From Verrucomicrobiota bacterium (lineage in GTDB: Bacteria; Verrucomicrobiota; Verrucomicrobiia; Chthoniobacterales; UBA6821), in contig WBXG01000001.1 in the NCBI GenBank assembly GCA_008932965.1, forward strand, positions 1-32,000: 32,000 nucleotides of DNA, in the 5' to 3' direction. Position numbers and translations under genes: made by a program. Below the pieces are notes generated by a model. It had not been told where the DNA came from, did not search any database, and saw only the letters and a list, made by a program, of their open reading frames with translations. Numbering within the stretch: the first letter of the stretch is position 1; every line of letters starts with the position of its first letter. This document shows, one piece after another, positions 26,492 through 32,000 of the stretch.

Positions 26492-27942
26492 AGGTAATTT
26501 CTATGAAGCCTTGCTTTGAATTTTCTCCATACGATTCGTGCAAGTAATAATCCAAGTAGAGCAAGAGCGATTCGAGTCACCTGCGAGTAGGCAGCATGAT
26601 AAGTAAAGGCGGTGGCTTTGCTCGTCACCGGATCAACAGTTAATTTTGAAATCCAAATTGATAAATAATTTCCAATAGCTCCGATAAATAGAAAATAAAT
26701 CGCTACTAAACGGCCTTCACTATCATGTGGGGCAATATCGCCCCAGGAAGCTAACATCACTGGTTCCGTAAAAAGTTCCGCCACTCCCAGCATTACGATG
26801 CTGAGGACAGGAAGCAACATACAAATCGGAGTATGTTCACTAGCTAATCCCGAGGCATAGGTCATTGTTCCAAAACCGAGTACTAGTAATATCAAGGCAA
26901 TACTTACTTTGGTATCAGTTTGAGGACGGATATGATGGTGACCCATCCAACGCCATAAAAAAGCCATCACCGCTCCTGCAATTAAAATACTAGCAGCATT
27001 CAGTGATTGAAACATTCCAGCAGGTACGGTGCACCCCATGATAGTACGGTTCACATAGCGGGAAATAAAGAGTGGATAGGAACTGGAAACTTGATTGCTA
27101 AAGATCCAAAAAGAGGTCACGAAAAGGGTGAGCACCGCCATCATGATAAGCCCTTTTTGGTGAGCAGGAGTTGTATTTTTATAAATCTTTAAAAAGATAG
27201 TAAGGGCCATAATAACAACAATCATCAACAAATAGGCTACCCAGTCATGAAGTAGTATTTCGTAAAAGAAGAGAAAGGAGGTGAGTAGAATGCCACCTGT
27301 TAAAAAAGTTTTTTTAGAAAGTGAAAGATGATCCCATGCTTTTGTTTTCTGTGTCTGTTGCTCCCATTGAAAATAGCGCTTAGATAGGAGAAAGATGAAA
27401 AATCCTAACATCATCCCAAAAGCAGCTACAATGAACCCCATATCCCAACTGATGTTTTCAACTAAATAAGGACAGATCATTGCAGCGAGCATGGAGCCAA
27501 TATTGCCAGCGACGTAGTACCATGAAAAAGCTGCGGTAGCACCAACCGGATCATGATAGTAGCAGGTACTAATAAGACAAACGGCATTGCTTTTAAAAAA
27601 GCCAATTCCCATTGTTAAGAGGGATAAGCCAATAAAAACATTTTGTCCAAATACCGTTAGCATAAGGTGCCCTAAAATGATTAAAACAGAACCTGTAGCA
27701 GTGGCATAACGGTACCCGCAATAACGATCCGCTAACCATCCTCCCAGAATAGGAGTAATAAATACGAGTGAGATAAAACTTCCAAACAGTTGATAGGCTG
27801 CTGAGTCAGAATAATGGAGCTGGCTCGTAAAATAGAGAACCAGAATAGCTTTTAATCCATAAAAGCTAAAAAACTCCCACATGATAACAGCAATAATGCA
27901 CAAGGCTGCTTTTTGTTGTGTCTTTTTTAATGCTGTTACCAT
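26488..27942 (-). CDS. POT/PTR2-family di-/tripeptide:proton symporter (MFS)
   Basis: 484 aa, polytopic. POT signatures WEFFSFYGLKAILVLYF and GGWLADRYCGYRY. Confidence 0.9.
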   Translation of the reverse strand: MVTALKKTQQKAALCIIAVIMWEFFSFYGLKAILVLYFTSQLHYSDSAAYQLFGSFISLVFITPILGGWLADRYCGYRYATATGSVLIILGHLMLTVFGQNVFIGLSLLTMGIGFFKSNAVCLISTCYYHDPVGATAAFSWYYVAGNIGSMLAAMICPYLVENISWDMGFIVAAFGMMLGFFIFLLSKRYFQWEQQTQKTKAWDHLSLSKKTFLTGGILLTSFLFFYEILLHDWVAYLLMIVVIMALTIFLKIYKNTTPAHQKGLIMMAVLTLFVTSFWIFSNQVSSSYPLFISRYVNRTIMGCTVPAGMFQSLNAASILIAGAVMAFLWRWMGHHHIRPQTDTKVSIALILLVLGFGTMTYASGLASEHTPICMLLPVLSIVMLGVAELFTEPVMLASWGDIAPHDSEGRLVAIYFLFIGAIGNYLSIWISKLTVDPVTSKATAFTYHAAYSQVTRIALALLGLLLARIVWRKFKARLHRNYL

Positions 27943-28006
27943 TCAGTGAAAATCTTATTTTAGGGCTCTTTAATTGTTAAAAATACTTCTTTAATTCAGA
28001 ATAGGA

Positions 28007-29410
28007 CTATAAAGCTAGTGTTGATGTCAGTTTTTTCGAACGTTCGTGGAGGGCATAAATGATGAATGGCAATGCAGAGCTAGAAAGAACACCTATAATC
28101 ATCGTGCGCTCATATGTTTGGAGGCTACCAACAGCGATTTGACTTGGTGGGAGGAATCCAATACCAATTGTAAAAATACAACTCAAGGATCCGATAGTGC
28201 AGACAGTCCACAATCCGATTTTTCCACCAGGGATGATAAAAGTACGTTTCACTTCAGGGTATTTATAGCGAAGTTTTACTGCAGAGGCGAACATGGCTAC
28301 ATAAACAAGTAATGCTAAAATTGAAGTAATATTGGTTAATACCCAAAATCCACTCGTGACGGTTGGCATGAATAAGAAAACAGAGCATAATAGAGTAAAA
28401 ATACACCCTTGGACAACTAGAATAGTTACCGGAACCCCATGTTTATTTTTATATCCCAATTTTTTTGGCAAGCATTCGTCCTGACAAGCTATTAACAGAC
28501 TTTTGCTAGGTCCTAAAATCCATGCATTAACACCTCCCACAGAACTCAACACAATGAGAAGAGCCAAGACCGGCATAAACCAACTCATATGAAAAGAAAT
28601 AAAGAAAACTTCAAAAGCCTGCATTAAGCCAGAAACAATATTGAGTTGTTTTTGAGGAATGACTAAGGCAACCGCTAAGGAGGAAAGGATAAGCGAACTT
28701 AAAATGATGATCGCTGACCAAAAAATAGCTATAGGATAGTTTTTTTGAGGGTCTGTTACTTCACCGACATGAACAGCAGACATCTCAATGCCAACTAGGC
28801 TGTAAAGAACAGCTGTTAATAAGACCATATTATCGATGCTACTTAAGTCTGGGAAAAAACTGTGCCAGCTAAATTGAATATTTATAGGCTTTCCAAGACA
28901 CATCCAAACAATTCCTAGAATAATAATAAACATCATAGGAATGAGCACTCCAATAACGGCTGTTAAGGAGCTCAAGGCACTTGATGCTTTCATTCCAAAG
29001 AAATTAATAATAGTGGCTCCCCAGAAAAAAATAAAAACAACCGGCAGAATGTAGAATTTATTATTTACTAAATCTGGGTTAATACAGTAGGCCAATGTTG
29101 CGGCAATAAATGACATAATCGTGGGATACCAACAGAGGTTATAAAACCACTGCATCCATATCGTCATAAACCCGAATTTTTTACCAAAAGCTTCACGAGC
29201 CCAAAGATAGACTCCTCCTGCCTCTGGCCACCCTGTGGCAAGTTCAGCAGAAACTAGTGCTGTGGGAATGAAAAAAAGCAAGGCGGCAGCTGCATAGTAG
29301 AAGACGATGGAAAAACCATACTCTGCACTCATCGGCAGCGATCGAATACTATCGATTGCAATAATATTCATCATAACAAGACCAAAGACACTCAGTGATT
29401 TTTTATTCAT
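28007..29410 (-). CDS. APC-superfamily amino acid permease (GadC/YjeM-like)
   Basis: 467 aa with about 12 hydrophobic helices. The N-terminal pattern LSVFGLVMMNIIAIDSIRSLP ... AELATGWPEAGGVYLWAREAFG is typical of the APC family. Confidence 0.85.
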   Translation of the reverse strand: MNKKSLSVFGLVMMNIIAIDSIRSLPMSAEYGFSIVFYYAAAALLFFIPTALVSAELATGWPEAGGVYLWAREAFGKKFGFMTIWMQWFYNLCWYPTIMSFIAATLAYCINPDLVNNKFYILPVVFIFFWGATIINFFGMKASSALSSLTAVIGVLIPMMFIIILGIVWMCLGKPINIQFSWHSFFPDLSSIDNMVLLTAVLYSLVGIEMSAVHVGEVTDPQKNYPIAIFWSAIIILSSLILSSLAVALVIPQKQLNIVSGLMQAFEVFFISFHMSWFMPVLALLIVLSSVGGVNAWILGPSKSLLIACQDECLPKKLGYKNKHGVPVTILVVQGCIFTLLCSVFLFMPTVTSGFWVLTNITSILALLVYVAMFASAVKLRYKYPEVKRTFIIPGGKIGLWTVCTIGSLSCIFTIGIGFLPPSQIAVGSLQTYERTMIIGVLSSSALPFIIYALHERSKKLTSTLAL

Positions 29411-29420
29411 AGACTTTTGA

Positions 29421-31040
29421 TTATTGAACTATGGGTTTTTGTTTTTGACTAAGAAATGGGTAACTAGCTAGAGCACTGAGTATTAACACAATTCCAAGAA
29501 AAGCTTCAAATGAATTCGTCCATAGAGTGTAGAGAAGTGCCATCATGCTCACAGCTGCAAAAAAAAGTTGAGGGAGTGGATAAAGTGGGGAACGAAAGAT
29601 TGTTTCGCGAGTATGTGGGGTATTTTGGGAAATTACATTGTTCAACTCCTCATACTCTTGACACTCGATTTTGATATTTTTTTGAGTTAGCCCAGATATT
29701 TCATAATGATCTGTTGTGAGGCGCTGTGAATGCTGATCTAGAAATGGAGAGCGATGATCTTCGACAACAATTGTATCTTTTATATTACTCGAGGCAAAGT
29801 TTGAGCCTAATGCTGTATTCTTCACATTGTTGCAAGCCGCCGCAGGATCAGCATGAAATATGCGGTCTAGCTGCAAATAGCTTTTATTTTTATGATGAGA
29901 GGCTCGAGAAAAAGCACGCCGTCTCAAGACGATAACGCTTAAAACACCTAAGAGTTCGCACAAAATCAATGCAAACTGAGTGCTCACTAAAATAGTTTTA
30001 AAGGAGGAGGTTAACAGTAATACAATCACTAAGATATATTGAAAAAGAGTAGCACGAAGCGGTATATTATTTGCAGAAGCACAACTAAACCAACGTAAGA
30101 CTAAAAGATGTTTTCCCATTGCTTGCATGATTCGTGGACCTGTCCAGGTCATTGCACTAATGCTAGCAATGAGACCAAAAGCAATAAGGGCAGACATGGC
30201 GCGACCTCCCTGTTGGCCTATAAGATGTGTTGCAACAACACGTCCAATATCTAAAACACCACGTAGTTCATTCTTAGGTGCGGAGATGAGAAAGATGGCA
30301 TTCACAAGTAAGTAAACAATCATTACAAAAAGTGATCCAATAATGAGAGAGCGCCCTACGGTGCGTTGTGAGGTGGTAACATCATCAGCGATATAGGTGG
30401 ATGCATTCCATCCAGAGTAGGAATAATAACAAAAGAGTAATGTTACTCCCGAAGTCGGCTGAAACAATTCCTGGAGCGCAAACTTAGTAGGAAGAAGCGT
30501 TTTCAAAGGCACTGATGCATACCGCATTCCCAAGTAGCAAATAAAGGCGACCAGCAGGAATTTTAATCCAGTAGTAATATCTTGAAAACTAGCACTAACC
30601 CCTAGGTCAATGAGATGTATTCCAGTTACTAGAGTCACTAACACTATTGAAGAAACCATCGGAGGTACGAAGGGAAACATCGCTTGAAAATAGGTACCGA
30701 ATGCCATGCTTGCCAGAGCGATGGGTCCTACACACCCTGCTATTTGTGTGATAATTCCTGCCGCTGTGCCAATGGCTGGATGATAGATTTTTGTAAAATA
30801 ATAATATTCACCGCCGGAATGGGGCATTTGTGCAGATAGCTCTGCATATGACAAAGCCCCACAAAGCGCTACAAGACCACCCAACGCCCATAGCAACAGA
30901 AGAGTAAAGCTACTTGAGATAGAAAGCAGCTGGATTCCGAGACTCGTATATATTCCGTTGCCAACCATGGTTGCGGCAACAAGAAAAACACAAGTAATAA
31001 GACCAACTTTGCGAATAGGTTGAGCGGGAGGTGAGGCCAT
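29421..31040 (-). CDS. APC-superfamily (LAT-like) amino acid permease carrying an in-frame MITE-derived 60-codon insert in the TM10-TM11 loop
   Basis: The N-terminal ~370 aa is a typical APC permease (ALCGALSYAELSAQMPHSGGEYYYF). Two further TM helices lie at the C-terminus. The hydrophilic segment between them is encoded by repeat copy G at 29687-29870. Confidence 0.8.
   Translation of the reverse strand: MASPPAQPIRKVGLITCVFLVAATMVGNGIYTSLGIQLLSISSSFTLLLLWALGGLVALCGALSYAELSAQMPHSGGEYYYFTKIYHPAIGTAAGIITQIAGCVGPIALASMAFGTYFQAMFPFVPPMVSSIVLVTLVTGIHLIDLGVSASFQDITTGLKFLLVAFICYLGMRYASVPLKTLLPTKFALQELFQPTSGVTLLFCYYSYSGWNASTYIADDVTTSQRTVGRSLIIGSLFVMIVYLLVNAIFLISAPKNELRGVLDIGRVVATHLIGQQGGRAMSALIAFGLIASISAMTWTGPRIMQAMGKHLLVLRWFSCASANNIPLRATLFQYILVIVLLLTSSFKTILVSTQFALILCELLGVLSVIVLRRRAFSRASHHKNKSYLQLDRIFHADPAAACNNVKNTALGSNFASSNIKDTIVVEDHRSPFLDQHSQRLTTDHYEISGLTQKNIKIECQEYEELNNVISQNTPHTRETIFRSPLYPLPQLFFAAVSMMALLYTLWTNSFEAFLGIVLILSALASYPFLSQKQKPIVQ
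29687..29870 (-). mobile_element. MITE-like TIR element, copy G (body 29691-29866, flanks TTAG/CTAG), inside a CDS
   Basis: Termini cccagatatttcataatgatc and gatcagcatgaaatatgcggt. The left subterminal region resembles the right-end type of copies D and F, so it is probably inverted. The interior is strongly diverged. Confidence 0.7.
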
Positions 31041-31058
31041 GAGATGAAGAAAAGCGGA

Positions 31059-31135
31059 GGGTAATGGGTAAAGTGTAAAGCGTAAAGGGTAATGGGTAAT
31101 GGGTAATGGGTAATGGGTAATGGGTAATGGGTGAC
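31059..31135. repeat. Heptanucleotide tandem repeat: 6 perfect GGGTAAT units (31087-31128) within 11 units in total
   Basis: Direct reading gives gggtaat gggtaaa gtgtaaa gcgtaaa (gggtaat)x6 gggtgac. It lies 19-95 nt upstream of the permease ATG (31040, minus strand) and about 100 nt upstream of pal. Confidence 0.95.
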
Positions 31136-31231
31136 GAGTGCTCTCTCTTGCATTCGGTAAAGTTCCATTGCCCTCTTAAAGAAAAAAATTTTATTTGAAA
31201 AAAATTTGAAAACAAAGATCATAGAAGCTCT

Positions 31232-31732
31232 ATGAAAAATAAGTTCTCTCTTTTAACTCTTCTTGTGATTCTCCCTCTTCTTCCTGCCTGTGCTAATAAG
31301 AAAAAACAGCAGTATGCTGGTATTGATGGGGACTATGTTGCTGGAACACCTCTGAGTGAACGTTCAGGAAGTGCCAATTTCATGGCAGCAAATGTCAACC
31401 GTACAGAGTTTTCTCCAATAACTTTTGCTTTTGACAGCACCTCGGTGAGCAGCGATCAGCAAGAGAAAATCAATAAGGTTGTTCAACTTGTTCGTTCCTC
31501 TGGACAAACAGTTATTGTTGCTGGATTTACGGATGATCGTGGAACTGAAGAATATAATCGGAGCCTTGGTGAACGCCGTGCACTCGCCGTGCGTCAATCA
31601 CTGATTGAAAAGGGTGTTGCTGGAAGTAAAGTTCAAACAGTTAGCTTTGGCAAAGAAATGCCTGTAGATCCCGCAAGTAATGAGGCTGCATGGACAAAAA
31701 ACCGTCGTGCTGAATTCGGAATCGTTAAGTAA
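31232..31732 (+). CDS. pal: Peptidoglycan-associated lipoprotein (OmpA-like domain)
   Basis: Lipobox LLPAC after a signal peptide. OmpA-C motifs GFTDDRGTEEYNRSLGERRA and NRRAEF. Confidence 0.9.
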   Translation: MKNKFSLLTLLVILPLLPACANKKKQQYAGIDGDYVAGTPLSERSGSANFMAANVNRTEFSPITFAFDSTSVSSDQQEKINKVVQLVRSSGQTVIVAGFTDDRGTEEYNRSLGERRALAVRQSLIEKGVAGSKVQTVSFGKEMPVDPASNEAAWTKNRRAEFGIVK

Positions 31733-31841
31733 ACGGAGTCTCTCAAAACTATTGATCGGAGATGATCTGAGAAAATAGGGAAAAGGTGCACTGATTTATT
31801 GATCTTGTTCTTAATCTATTGCAGTCTGAATGATCCATCAG

Positions 31842-31973
31842 CTAGAGCGTCTAAAAAAAGTTAGTGCCGCTTATTGCAGAGTCATTCTGGTGCTCACGTC
31901 CTCGAGTATCTCGTATACACTGCGGTCTTGGCACTTCGTTGCTAGCACTACAACTTTTTTTAATATGCTCTAG
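31842..31973. repeat. 124-bp imperfect palindromic element flanked by CTAG on both sides
   Basis: The left arm is agcgtctaaaaaaagttagtgcc. The reverse complement of the right arm is agcatattaaaaaaagttgtagtgc, and an inner pairing agtgcc/ggcact extends the stem. CTAG occurs at 31842-31845 and 31970-31973. It is unrelated in sequence to the 176-bp family. Confidence 0.55.
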
Positions 31974-32000
31974 TGCATTAAAACCATGTTTTTTATGAAT

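Noticed and set aside
31059-31135. Possibility that the tandem repeat, or the dispersed 176-bp repeats, represent a CRISPR array.
   Set aside because: The units are 7 nt with no spacers. The 176-bp copies are kilobases apart, have TIRs and target duplications, and no cas genes are present.
30869-31222. Two overlapping minus-strand ORFs (117 and 101 aa) containing HYPLPITHYPLPIT repeats.
   Set aside because: The peptide repeat is simply the heptanucleotide DNA repeat read in frame. The ORFs otherwise overlap the permease start and the pal upstream region.

Overview
Moderately AT-rich bacterial chromosome segment. Most genes lack Shine-Dalgarno sequences, and the gene content (tolB, pal, heptose-LPS genes, a Y1-transposase/DnaA-C fusion) suggests the PVC superphylum, though this is only an inference. 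About 21 protein genes look real. Housekeeping genes occupy 1-14.8 kb: a brnQ fragment, a 7TM-HD phosphohydrolase, phoH, hldA-gmhB, mnmE, mpl, an SPFH protein, a CysJ-like reductase and tolB. From 14.8 to 31.2 kb a block sits between tolB and pal, which are normally adjacent. It holds a REP-type HUH/Y1 transposase flanked by 28-bp inverted repeats, a 1318-aa secreted coiled-coil protein, an IS256 transposase remnant fused to hutI, and a co-directional cluster of hutU-hutH-hutG-hutI plus three transporters. The most striking non-genic signal is a dense family of ~176-bp MITE-like elements with terminal inverted repeats: five full copies and at least five fragments, flanked by 4-bp YTAR direct repeats. 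Three copies abut stop codons, and one is inserted in frame (176+4 = 180 nt, 60 codons) inside an amino-acid permease. Other features are an 11-unit heptanucleotide repeat (GGGTAAT) in the permease/pal divergent region and a second, unrelated 124-bp palindromic element downstream of pal. I saw no tRNA, rRNA, CRISPR array or recognisable defence or toxin-antitoxin genes. No complete novel multi-gene system is evident; the transposase plus giant protein pair and the translated MITE are the best leads.
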